A stretch of DNA of 64,000 nt from Eledone cirrhosa (GCA_964016885.1 OZ024741.1:336722001-336786000); one strand, 5' to 3'; positions 27,830 to 40,709 are shown, counted from the stretch's first letter. Notes: generated by a model not told the origin, from the sequence alone. Made by a program: numbers and translations.

Positions 27830-28145
27830 TAAAATTCGTTTTTTCCCGTTCTTTGCCAGGGAACGTTTCCACGAACCAAAGTATCGTCTTCCTGTCTTCC
27901 TCCAGTTGCAACGTTTTTTGAAATATCTACTTCTGCGTTCACAGATTGACTTTGTTAGTTTCAGAAGATCCCGTTAAGGGTGAAAGCAGCGATTCTTTGC
28001 TTAAACTTTAATCTGTTATTTTAATCTGTTATTTTAATCTGTTATTTTAATAAATATTTGCTCTACGATTCTTATATATTTGATATATATGTATCCTTAT
28101 CAAGCCCTCTTTGGATTTTAGTCTTCAAATTTATTATTATTACTA
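27830..28145 (+). mobile_element. Short element family B with CAGAAGA-core hammerhead-like fold (27957-28007)
   Basis: Stem I AGUUU/AAACU; CAGAAGA; stem II CCC-GUUAA-GGG; GAAA; stem III AGCA/UGCU. Confidence 0.62.
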
Positions 28146-28209
28146 TTAATATATATATATATATATATATATTAATAGTAATAATAATAAATTTGATATA
28201 TATATATAT

Positions 28210-28244
<35 letters not shown>

Positions 28245-28627
28245 TCAATATATATATATATCATATATATATATCATATATATATATATCATATATATAT
28301 ATATATCATATATATATATCATATGTATATCATATATATATATATATCATATATATATATCATATATATATATCATATATATATATCATATATATATATC
28401 ATATATATATATCATATATATCATATATATATATATATATCATATATATATATCATATATATATATATTAATAGTAATAATAATAAATTTGATATATATA
28501 TATATTGATATATATATATATTATATATATATAATATATAATATATATATATGTATATATATGATATATACAGTATTATATATATATATTATTATATATA
28601 TATATTATATATATATATTATTATATA

Positions 28628-28698
<71 letters not shown>

Positions 28699-28739
28699 AT
28701 AATATATATATAATATATATATAATATATATATATATAC

Positions 28740-29269
28740 ATATATACATTTCATAGATAGATAGATAGGCAGACAAATAGTTTGAGAGAATGAGAGAGAC
28801 ACAGCGAGAGGGACTGAGTGACAGAGAGAGATGAGAGATGGCTGATTGGGTGAGATCCTAGTTCATACACTGAGTACACTCTATAAAATGGTTGGTGTTA
28901 ATAGAAGTATCATCTATCCAGAGAAAGTATGCCAAGATTTAGACCCATCTAGCTAAATAACTCTAAAGAAGAATTCACTCGGAACTCAATAACCGTGACA
29001 AACCCATGCCAATATAAAAATCAGGCATAAAGTGATTATGTTGATGAGGATAATGATGATAGGAGTACAAGACTGTTCAGCCTCTGCAAATAGTTTTTTA
29101 TATGTTATAGGGGAAGAAGAGGGGGCACTGAAAATAGGTATAAAGTGCTCATTATGCTGATGATGATTACAGATGTACAGGAACGTTCATCCTCCATGTT
29201 ATATAGAGGAAGAAAAAGGAGAAACTGAGTGCTGTGTAAAAGTCAATACTAAATAAAGTGCACCGAAAA
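28740..29269. repeat. Right arm of the inverted duplication (partner 21933-22460)
   Basis: Reverse-complement identity. Confidence 0.88.
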
Positions 29270-29279
29270 TATTTATATG

Positions 29280-29318
<39 letters not shown>

Positions 29319-29321
<3 letters not shown>

Positions 29322-29517
29322 CGAAGGAAATGTGGTAAGGAACCAGGTGGACCATAACGCACCAAAGAACTCAATACTTGAGGTAGTAGAGTGGGTAATA
29401 GGAACCAGTAAGACCCCGACAGCTGAGCTCAAGCCGTTTCGACGGCTAATTCTGGACTCAGTCCAGAATTAGCCGTCGAAACGGCTTGAGCTCAGCTGTC
29501 GGGGTCTTACTGGTTCC

Positions 29518-29519
<2 letters not shown>
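29319..29519 (-). mobile_element. Fold-back element family A (diverged subfamily)
   Basis: Palindrome centred on ggactcagtcc; tail homologous to the other copies. Confidence 0.72.
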
Positions 29520-29556
<37 letters not shown>

Positions 29557-29788
29557 GTATATATATATTATATATATATATTATATATATATTCTATCTC
29601 CAAACCTGCATTGTTCTGGCCTTCTAACTTCAAACGTTTATACCTTACTACACAATGTTTCAAGTAAACTACCAATTACTTTTATATATATAAATTATAT
29701 GTATTTTATATATATATATATATTTTATATATATATATATTTTATATGTATTATATATATAAAATATATATATATTATATATATATTT

Positions 29789-30695
29789 TCTATAAATATA
29801 AAACTGAGGATGTCTGTCTGCGTGTGTGTGAGTTTGAATCCCTAAAACTAAAGAATCACCCAACCGACTGTTTTCAAAATGTACACATGTAATACTTTTG
29901 TTTCAGGGAGTGTTCTGAGCAAAGAAAATTTCAAATTTTCAATGCCCTGGGGACCGTATTAGGCAATTTAGCAATACCTCTCAATAATTCTAAGTCTTTC
30001 TCTATTTAGATACATACATACATATAACGTCGCACCCTTATAACATCTGTCTGTATGTCTGGCTATCTGCATTACGTCACTTCCCTGGGGATGTCTTTGT
30101 GTGTTTGAATCCATAAAACTCAAGAAGTACCCAACTGATTTTTTTCAAACTTTACATGTCTATTACTTATGTTTCAGGGAGTGTTATGCACAAAAAATCC
30201 AACCTTTTCATCTTCTACGGCCAGCATTAGATGAAAAACTGCGTTTTTTAAGCTTTTTATGGGTTTTTTTAAGCCTTACGTCAGACCGATTTCTTTGAAA
30301 TTGTAACTATGTATTAGTCAGTCTCTTCTTCATACCGTGAGCAAAGAAATTCCAACTTTTTTATGGCCTAGGGCCCACATTAGGTGAAAAACTTCATTTT
30401 TTCAGCTTTTTAGGACTTTTTGGAGGCGTTACGTCTAGCCAATTTTCCCGAAATTTCAAGGCATATTATGCACATATAAAAATTTATTTTCTTGATCCCA
30501 TAGAGCCCGCATTAGGTGAAAACCTGCATTTTTCCTGCTTCATCGAGGAAAATCTTAAAGATTATCCAGCCATCAGAGTATTTGGTTTATTTTCTTTACC
30601 TATTGTCCGGGCATGCAGTTTTTCCACGATTAGGTCAGTTGGCGGCCCACGGCCCAAAATACCTTATCTCGTGCAACGCCGGGTACCACTGCTAG
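29789..30695 (+). mobile_element. Non-autonomous Helitron-like element
   Basis: 5' TCTATAAATATAAAA start with (TGTC) motifs and internal subrepeats; 3' GC-rich hairpin ctcgtgcaacgccggg followed by CTAG|T; no TIR or TSD. Confidence 0.7.
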
Positions 30696-30740
30696 TATAT
30701 ATATATATATTATGTATATTTTATATATATATATTTTATA

Positions 30741-30811
<71 letters not shown>

Positions 30812-31166
30812 ATTATATATAAATATATATTTATATATATATTATATATATATTATATATATATATATTATATATAAATTATATATACGGGATAACAAAT
30901 TATTGTTATAGGTAGTCCACTTAGATGTAGTCCAGTTAGGGTACTCCGAGTAGTGGATAGTATTAACGCTTGGCTAAGTTTGACTCAACAAGACGTTTCC
31001 ATAGTGATGCTGCGAGTACGCGGTGATTTCTATATAGTTTACACTTGGAGTAATAATAAATTAAGAAAGAAGAGTGACATGGTTTGCTATACAATAAGGG
31101 CTTTATTCACATTGCTGACAATTGTTTCTCTGATGTATTCTCCTGTGTATTCCTTTCATTCTAGCA

Positions 31167-31274
31167 TGCTCTGATGAATTGACTGGTTATAACAAAGTAT
31201 TGGTGATCGATTGACGCAAAAACAGGCGGGTAGCGATCTCTAGGCCTACCAGTTCAGAGAAATAATTGTCAGCA
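31167..31274 (+). ncRNA. Type I hammerhead ribozyme fold with long stem II (family C), inside a fold-back element at ~30890-31330
   Basis: UGCU/AGCA stem I; CUGAUGA 31171-31177; UGACUGGU/ACCAGUUCA stem II; GAAA-U-AAUU-GUC; AATAAA just downstream; inverted arm at 31060-31132. Confidence 0.62.
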
Positions 31275-31325
31275 AAGTGAATAAAGCCCTTATTGTATAG
31301 CAAACGATGTCACTCTTCTTTCTTG

Positions 31326-31361
<36 letters not shown>

Positions 31362-31366
<5 letters not shown>

Positions 31367-32052
31367 GAAATTAGACAGTAGAAGTCGCATTGATAGACAT
31401 ATTTTTCAAATGCAGGAGGGCGCTATAGAAGTGGTGGATAGCTTCCGGTACCTAGGAGATCAGATTAGCATGGGAGGAGGGTGTTCCGAGGCCATAGTAT
31501 CTAGAATAAGGACGGGTTGGAAGAAGTTTAGGGAGTTGCTTCCTCTGTTGACAAAGAAGGGTTTCTCCCTGTGTACGAAAGGCCGGTTGTATGATACCTG
31601 TGTGAGGAGCGCGATGTTGCATGGTAGTGAGACATGGGCAGCAACTGCAGAGGATATGTGACAGCTGGAGAGAAATGAGGCAAGCATGCGCCGTTGGATG
31701 TGCAGTGTAAATGTGCATGAACGACCCAGCATGGATGTGCTGAGAGAGAAACTGTGTCTGAGAGGGATAGAATGTAGTGTACGGGAGAGGAGACTGAGGT
31801 GGTATGGACATGTGATGCGCATGGAGGATGACCGATGGGTGAAGAAGTGCCAGGAAATGCAAGTTGAAGGAAGACGCAGGAGAGGTTGACCACGAAAAAC
31901 ATGGGCGGAGGTGGTGAGAACAGACCTCAGATCATTGAAGCTCACGGTGGAGATGACGAAGGACCGTGACGAGTGGAGAGATGCTGTGCTGAATAAGACC
32001 CGTCCCACCCTTGCAAGCAGGGAAAAGCGGACGTAAAATGATGATGATGATG
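31362..32052 (+). mobile_element. RTE LINE lineage 1 3' fragment
   Basis: VVDSFRYLGDQIS..GWKKFRELLPLL and RLRWYGHVMR motifs; (GAT)n tail. Confidence 0.9.
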
Positions 32053-32098
32053 ATATATATATATATATATATTATATATATTATGTATATTATATATA

Positions 32099-32149
<51 letters not shown>

Positions 32150-32219
32150 CTATATATTATATATATCTTATGTATTTTATATATATATATATTATATATA
32201 TTATATATATTATATATAT

Positions 32220-32955
32220 ATAGTAATAATAATAAATTTGAAGACTAAAATCCAAAGAGGGCTCGATAAGGATAAATATATATCAAATATATAAGAACCG
32301 TAGAGTAAATATTTATTATAAATATCAGTTATTTTAATAAATATATATATATATATATATAATATATTTAATATATATATAAAATATTATATATATTATA
32401 TATATAATATATATAATATATTATATATATTATACATATTATATATATATATATATACAGACACACACATACAATCATATATATATAATATATATAATAT
32501 ATATATATAGATATATTATATATATTTATTATTAGTACAGATTAAAGTTTAAGCAAAGAATTTCTGCTGTCACCCTATTACGGGATCTTCTGTAATTGAA
32601 AAAAATCAATCTGTAAATGCAGAAGTAAATATTTCAAAACACGTTACAACCAAAAGAAAACTGGAAGAAATAACGTTGGTTTGTGAAGACATTCTCTGGC
32701 AACGGACGAAAAATATGCAAGGATATTTATGTCATCCTGTTTTCTTTTGGTTGTAATGTTTTTTTGAAATATTTACTTCTGCATCTACAGATTGATATTT
32801 CTCAATTTCAGAAGATCACCCATAATAGGGTGAAAGCAGAAATTGTTTGCTTAAAATTTAATCTGTACTAATAATAAATATTTTCTCTATGGGTTTATAT
32901 ATACTTTTATATATAATATACAATCTTTATCGAACCCTCTTTGGATTTTATTACT
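32220..32955. mobile_element. Family B element in an inverted-pair arrangement (decayed hammerhead-like folds at 32546-32597 on minus and 32804-32857 on plus)
   Basis: Inverted arms 32525-32660 and 32735-32880; homology to the 3450 and 27830 copies. Confidence 0.62.
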
Positions 32956-33282
32956 ATATATATATCATCATCATCATCATCACCATTTTACAACCATTTT
33001 CCACACTGACATGGGTTAGATGAGTTGTCCTGTTGTTGGCAATGTTAGGTCAGGTGACCATGCCTGGCTCATCCAGAACTGATATATATATATATCAGAA
33101 ATTAATAAACATTCGTTGTACAGCCTCTCTGTTTTGTTCCTGTTCAAATTTTTCCATTATATATATATATATATACAGACACACACATACAATCATCTAG
33201 ATACACACAAATATATGCATATATAGATATGTTCATTAAATACACGTGCACACACAGACACACACATACTCATATACTCATA

Positions 33283-33352
<70 letters not shown>

Positions 33353-34174
33353 CTCACATACACACACAGGCACATACACTCACATACATGTGTGTACACA
33401 CATACACCTACACACATCCACAAATATCTAATAAATTTGTTGTTTTATTGAATGCTCAGCTAATGATAGTAGCTGTGGATTTTAGCCTATTATTGATTTC
33501 TAACAACATAACACAAGGGCCCACATATTTCTGGTGGGATAACAGGAATAGCTAAACATATTGATCACACTGTTCTGAAAAATATAGGGTCAACTGATAT
33601 CTTCTTACTTTTAACCCTTTCTTTACCTTACAAGGGAAGGATGAAAGGTTCATAGGCTGACTCTGAAGGAGTGATGCTAGAGCTGTGAAATCTTTTGCAT
33701 GCATTAATTCCAACTCTTCTTATTAAGTGTTTCTTTCCAGGAACTATACTAAAAATAAACCTTACGGAGTTGATAAAATAAAGTCCCAGCAACACACTGG
33801 GGTCGATTTAATTGACTTTCCTCTCCCCCAAAATTGTTGGCCTTGTGTCTCAATCATAAAACATTATTTAACAAAATGTTTTTACATAAAGTTCTGATAG
33901 ACAATTTTAATATAAAAAGAGCAGTTTCATATCATAGAAGTAAGTTGTAATAATGTTGGGCCTTTCTGATACCAAACTGTCTGAAATAACCCCAGGTTCT
34001 ATGATACTAAGATGTTTTCTTTAAGTGGTTTATATTTATCTTGAGAAGACACATGAATTAGTGATTAGAGAATTGGATTCACAATTGTGAGGTTATGAGT
34101 TTGATTCCTGGACAGGGTGATGCATATTGTCCTTAAGCAAGACACTTTATTTCATGTTCTTTCTGCCAGGAGTT

Positions 34175-37100
34175 GTGATATATAAGTCCTATCAATACTG
34201 ACTTTAGGAGGCTTACTATATAAGTTCTGATTTAAGAGGCTTGCTATATAAGTCTTATCTATACAGACTTTAGGAGGCCTGCTATATAAGTCTTATCTAT
34301 ACTAACTTTAGGAGGCCTGCTATATAAGTCTTATCTATACAGACTTTAGGAGGCCTGCTATATAAGTCTTATCTATACTAACTTTAGGAGGCTTGCTATA
34401 TAAGTCTTATCTATACTGACTTTAGGAGGCCTGCTATATAAGTCTTATCTATACTAACTTTAGGAGGCCTGCTATATAAGTCTTATCTATACTAACTTTA
34501 GGAGGCCTGCTATATAAGTCTTATCTATACTAACTTTAGGAGGCTTGCTATATAAGTCTTATCTATACTGACTTTAGGAGGCCTGCTATATAAGTCTTAT
34601 CTATACTAACTTTAGGAGGCCTGCTATATAAGTCTTATCTATACTAACTTTAGGAGGCCTGCTATATAAGTCTTATCTATACTAACTTTAGGAGGCTTGC
34701 TATATAAGTCTTATCTATACTGACTTTAGGAGGCCTGCTATATAAGTCTTATCTATACTAACTTTAGGAGGCCTGCTATATAAGTCTTATCTATACTAAC
34801 TTTAGGAGGCCTGCTATATAAGTCTTATCTATACTAACTTTAGGAGGCCTGCTATATAAGTCTTATCTATACAGACTTTAGGAGGCCTGCTATATAAGTC
34901 TTATCTATACAGACTTTAGGAGGCCTGCTATATAAGTCTTATCTATACTAACTTTAGGAGGCTTGCTATATAAGTCTTATCTATACTAACTTTAGGAGGC
35001 CTGCTATATAAGTCTTATCTATACTAACTTTAGGAGGCTTGCTATATAAGTCTTATCTATACTAACTTTAGGAGGCTTGCTATATAAGTCTTATCTATAC
35101 TGACTTTAGGAGGCCTGCTATATAAGTCTTATCTATACAGACTTTAGGAGGCCTGCTATATAAGTCTTATCTATACTAACTTTAGGAGGCCTGCTATATA
35201 AGTCTTATCTATACTAACTTTAGGAGGCTTGCTATATAAGTCTTATCTATACTAACTTTAGGAGGCTTGCTATATAAGTCTTATCTATACTGACTTTAGG
35301 AGGCCTGCTATATAAGTCTTATCTATACTAACTTTAGGAGGCCTGCTATATAAGTCTTATCTATACTAACTTTAGGAGGCTTGCTATATAAGTCTTATCT
35401 ATACTGACTTTAGGAGGCCTGCTATATAAGTCTTATCTATACAGACTTTAGGAGGCCTGCTATATAAGTCTTATCTATACTAACTTTAGGAGGCCTGCTA
35501 TATAAGTCTTATCTATACTAACTTTAGGAGGCTTGCTATATAAGTCTTATCTATACTGACTTTAGGAGGCCTGCTATATAAGTCTTATCTATACAGACTT
35601 TAGGAGGCCTGCTATATAAGTCTTATCTATACAGACTTTAGGAGGCCTGCTATATAAGTCTTATCTATACAGACTTTAGGAGGCCTGCTATATAAGTCTT
35701 ATCTATACAGACTTTAGGAGGCCTGCTATATAAGTCTTATCTATACAGACTTTAGGAGGCTTGCTATATAAGTCTTATCTATACAGACTTTAGGAAGCCT
35801 GCTATATAAGTCTTATCTATACAGACTTTAGGAGGCCTGCTATATAAGTCTTATCTATACAGACTTTAGGAGGCTTGCTATATAAGTCTTATCTATACTA
35901 ACTTTAGGAGGCTTGCTATATAAGTCTTATCTATACTAACTTTAGGAGGCTTGCTATATAAGTCTTATCTATACTGAGTTTAAGAGGCTTGCTATATAAA
36001 TCTGATCTATGCAGACTTTAGGAGGCCTGCTATATAAGTCTTATCTATACTAACTTTAGGAGGCCTGCTATATAAGTCTTATCTATACTAACTTTAGGAG
36101 GCCTGCTATATAAGTCTTATCTATACTAACTTTAGGAGGCTTGCTATATAAGTCTTATCTATACTAACTTTAGGAGGCCTGCTATATAAGTCTTATCTAT
36201 ACTAACTTTAGGAGGCTTGCTATATAAGTCTTATCTATACTAACTTTAGGAGGCCTGCTATATAAGTCTTATCTATACTAACTTTAGGAGGCTTGCTATA
36301 TAAGTCTTATCTATACTAACTTTAGGAGGCCTGCTATATAAGCCTTATCTATACTAACTTTAGGAGGCTTGCTATATAAGTCTTATCTATACAGACTTTA
36401 GGAGGCTTGCTATATAAGTCTTATCTATACTAACTTTAGGAGGCCTGCTATATAAGTCTTATCTATACTAACTTTAGGAGGCCTGCTATATAAGTCTTAT
36501 CAATACAGACTTTAGGAGGCCTGCTATATAAGTCTTATCTATACTAACTTTAGGAGGCTTGCTATATAAGTCTTATCTATACTAACTTTAGGAGGCTTGC
36601 TATATAAGTCTTATCTATATTGACTTTAGGAGGCCTGCTATATAAGTCTTATCTATACAGACTTTAGGAGGCCTGCTATATAAGTCTTATCTATACAGAC
36701 TTTAGGAGGCCTGCTATATAAGTCTTATCTATACTAACTTTAGGAGGCCTGCTATATAAGTCTTATCTATACTAACTTTAGGAGGCTTGCTATATAAGTC
36801 TTATCTATACTGACTTTAGGAGGCCTGCTATATAAGTCTTATCTATACAGACTTTAGGAGGCCTGCTATATAAGTCTTATCTATACAGACTTTAAGAGGC
36901 TTGCTATATAAGTCTTATCTATGCAGACTTTAGGAGGCCTGCTATATAAGTCTTATCTATACTAACTTTAGGAGGCTTGCTATATAAGTCTTATCTATAC
37001 TAACTTTAGGAGGCCTGCTATATAAGTCTTATCTATACTAACTTTAGGAGGCTTGCTATATAAGTCTTATCTATACTAACTTTAGGAGGCTTGCTATATA

Positions 37101-37692
37101 AGTCTTATCTATACTAACTTTAGGAGGCCTGCCATATAAGTCTTATCTATACTAACTTTAGGAGGCTTGCTATATAAGTCTTATCTATACTGACTTTAGG
37201 AGGCCTGCTATATAAGTCTTATCTATACAGACTTTAGGAGGCCTGCTATATAAGTCTTATCTATACAGACTTTAGGAGGCCTGCTATATAAGTCTTATCT
37301 ATACTAACTTTAGGAGGCCTGCTATATAAGTCTTATCTATACTAACTTTAGGAGGCCTGCTATATAAGTCTTATCTATACTAACTTTAGGAGGCCTGCTA
37401 TATAAGTCTTATCTATACTGACTTTAGGAGGCCTGCTATATAAGTCTTATCTATACAGACTTTAGGAGGCCTGCTATATAAGTCTTATCTATACAGACTT
37501 TAGGAGGCCTGCTATATAAGTCTTATCTATATTAACTTTAGGAGGCCTGCTATATAAGTCTTATCTATACTAACTTTAGGAGGCCTGCTATATAAGTCTT
37601 ATCTATACAGACTTTAGGAGGCTTGCTATATAAGTCTTATCTATACAGACTTTAGGAGGCCTGCTATATAAGACCTATATATACTGACTTTA
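34175..37692. repeat. 38-bp minisatellite, ~90 copies (actttaggaggcctgctatataagtcttatctatacta)
   Basis: Period 38 (e.g. 34267 to 34305); copy number estimated from length. Confidence 0.95.
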
Positions 37693-37912
37693 ACTATAAG
37701 TTTCAATGTAAGCTGATATTATAGATTATTGAGTGTGAAAACAACTGAGACATTGATGAAAGCATTTATAAGACATTGTTAATTGATATAGATTTGATGG
37801 AAAATATTGATACAGTCAAACACACACGCACACAAATATATATATATAAAATATCTATATCTATCTATCATTCTCTCTCTCTCTTGCTAAATATATATAT
37901 AATATATAATAA

Positions 37913-38259
37913 TGGAGGCACATGGCTTAGTGGTTAGAGCATTGGCCTTGCAATCGAAAGGTTGTGAGTTCAATTTTCAGACCGGGTGATGTGTTGTTTC
38001 CTTGAGCAAGAAACTTTATTCCACATTGCTCCAGTTTACTCAGCTGTAGAAATGAGATGATAGGGACTGGGGTCCCTATCATTCCACTGCAAAGTGATCG
38101 TGGAGGTGCCACGGCAAAAAAAGCACCCAGCACTCACTGTAAATGAGGTTGGTGTTAGGAATGGCATCCAGCTGTAGAAATCAAGCCAGAATCTGTTCCC
38201 GTCCCACCCTTGCAAGCAGGGAAAAGCGGACGTAAAATGAAATAATGATGATGATGATG
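37913..38259 (+). mobile_element. Full-length CORE-SINE with RTE-derived tail
   Basis: A/B boxes, CORE and a tail matching the RTE lineage 1 terminus (32000-32050). Confidence 0.85.
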
Positions 38260-38287
38260 AATATATCATCATCATCATCATCATATG

Positions 38288-38318
<31 letters not shown>

Positions 38319-38453
38319 GCACATTCGGTAGACAAGGATGCAATTCACTTCAAACACTCAAAGTCAAATTACTTTTTTAAAATAAGGGTGATGGAGTATA
38401 TATATAAAGAGGAAAATGTGAAGTTGTAGATGTTAGAGTCTTTTATTAATTGA

Positions 38454-38504
38454 GCTGTTATACATATTTCCATGATGATAGATATCGTGATTTCTTCAGA
38501 CAGC
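38454..38504 (-). ncRNA. Minimal type I hammerhead (family D), left arm of the inverted pair 38400-38700
   Basis: GCUGU/ACAGC stem I; CUGAAGA; mismatched stem II; GAAA-U-AUGU-A-UA. Confidence 0.62.
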
Positions 38505-38599
38505 AAAATTGAGTAAAAGGTAATGTAGAAGGGAACAGACTAAAAAAATTCATGCTTTTGCTTTACTTGTCCGGTTCCTCCTCAAACTTTACTCAATTT

Positions 38600-38652
38600 G
38601 GCTGTCTGAAGAAATCACGATATTGATCATCATGGAAATATGTATAATGGCT
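38600..38652 (+). ncRNA. Minimal type I hammerhead (family D), right arm
   Basis: CUGAAGA 38606-38612; GAAA 38635-38638; stem I with G-U pairs. Confidence 0.55.
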
Positions 38653-38732
38653 CAATTAATAAAAGATTCTAACATCTACAACTTCACATTTTTCTCTTTT
38701 TATATATATATATATATCAGTCTCTCTCTCTC

Positions 38733-38766
<34 letters not shown>

Positions 38767-39010
38767 CTTATAGCTAGATAGATATAGATATTATAAATAT
38801 ATTTGTGTGTTTGACTGTATCAATGCATATTCCTGATGATTTCATATGAATGAAAAAGTTCTAGTCCTGTAGAAGACATTTTTATATTAAATTGTCTTTG
38901 TTCTCATTCTACTTATGTTCCGAGTACCTTATTTACTACGATTATCCCAGAATTCACTCAGGATTTACATGTGTGTGTGTGTGTGTATATATATATAACC
39001 ATGCCCATTA

Positions 39011-39048
39011 CGAGCTGAGGATCCGCTAAGGGGAAACAATTGTTCTCG
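39011..39048 (+). ncRNA. Minimal type I hammerhead ribozyme (family E)
   Basis: CGAG/CUCG stem I; CUGAGGA; UCC-GCUAA-GGG stem II; GAAA-C-AAUU-G-UU (palindromic loop III, GUU triplet); between (TA)/(TG) tracts. Confidence 0.7.
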
Positions 39049-39146
39049 GTATGGTGAACTAACTGTTGTGTAACCACTTCTACCTAACTTTTCCCATGGA
39101 CTGAGTGCTCTACCACTACGGATATTACCTTCCAGTGTTCTACCAC

Positions 39147-39202
<56 letters not shown>

Positions 39203-39250
39203 TGTGTGTGCGTGTGTATATGTATATATATATTTGTATATGTACATATA

Positions 39251-39293
<43 letters not shown>

Positions 39294-39572
39294 TCATCAT
39301 CATGCAGAACTGATTTTGGCTTGGTTTCTATGGCTGGATGCGCTGCCTGATGCCAACCACATTTATAATGTGTACTGCGTGCTTTTTGTCATGACAGATA
39401 TATGACCACTTTAAAGTGTGGACTGAGTGCTCCTTGTTGTAGCACCAAAACAACCACTTTACTGTGTGGACTGGGGGACTTGGGTGGGAACATATATATA
39501 TATATATATGTCCCAAGGTTCTGATACCATCAACACTATACACACAGAGCTGGCATATCTAAGAACTGACTA

Positions 39573-39628
39573 ACTGCCTGATGAGGTCATAGCCATTCAA
39601 TGGCTATCATCGAAATATATATAGCAGT
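39573..39628 (+). ncRNA. Minimal type I hammerhead ribozyme (family F)
   Basis: ACUGC/GCAGU stem I; CUGAUGA 39578-39584; stem II with AUAGCCA/UGGCUAU; GAAA-U-AUAU-A-UA; AATAAA immediately 3'. Confidence 0.75.
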
Positions 39629-39669
39629 AAATAAAGGATTATGAGTTCATGCAATTGACTTATGTTTCG

Positions 39670-39707
<38 letters not shown>

Positions 39708-40390
39708 AATTCTGAACTATGAGGGAGAAGAATCGAACTCTAGACTGGTCAATGCATTGTGTTCTTGTGCAAGACACTTTATTTTCACATTGCTCTGGTT
39801 TACTCAGTTGTAGAAATGAGTTGTGATGCCACTGGTGCCAAGCTGTATCAATATTTGTCATTCCCTTGGTCAACATCAGTGGCATGGAGAAGGGAGACTG
39901 GTATGGTGACTGCTGGTCTTCCACAAACAATCTTGCCCGGACTGTGCTTCGGGGAGGAACTTTCTAGGTGCAAATCCCATGGCCATATCATATTCATACT
40001 CTTTATATATATATATGTGTGTGCACATACATATACACATATATGTATGTAGTATGTATGTATATATGTATATGTGTTTCTATACATTTAATATATAGGG
40101 TTAAAGTTATAAATAATTGTTTCTACTTTTGTCACAAGGCCAGCAATTGCCCAGTGCATTAATGGAGCTTTATTTTATCGACCCCGTAAGTTATGCATAT
40201 TTATTCTATCAATTATGTTGAGTTATCTTCTCCTTTATTCAGAACATTACCATATAGGTAGTAGTACATACATACAAACTAGAAAACTATATATTTTTTC
40301 ATTCTGTATCAATATATATTTCTTTATGCTCTCTTTCTCTCCCCCATGTGTGTGTGTATCTTTTTATTTTTTTTTTATTTTTATTTTTTG

Positions 40391-40709
40391 CATCCGCTTT
40401 TCCCTGCTTGCAAGGGTGGGACAGGAACTGATTCTGGCTTGATTTCTACAGCTGGATGCCCTTCCTAACACCAACCTCATTTACAGTGAGTGCTGGGTGG
40501 TTTTTTGCCGTGGCACCTCCACAACCACTTTGCAGTGGAATGATAGAGACCCCAGTCCCTAGCATCTCATTTCTACAGCTGAGTAAACTGGAGCAATGTG
40601 AAATAAAGTGTCTTGCTCAAGGAAACAACACATCACCCGGTCTGAGGATTGAACTCACAACCTTTCAATTGCAAGACCAATGCTCTAACCACTAAGCCAT
40701 ATGTCTCCA
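40391..40709 (-). mobile_element. CORE-SINE copy
   Basis: Same as 37913-38259. Confidence 0.82.

Noticed and set aside
34175-37692. CRISPR-like regular repeat array
   Set aside because: Contiguous 38-bp units without unique spacers, eukaryotic context and no cas genes
37913-37990. tRNA gene
   Set aside because: The A/B boxes belong to a SINE head that continues into CORE and a LINE tail; no proper cloverleaf or terminator
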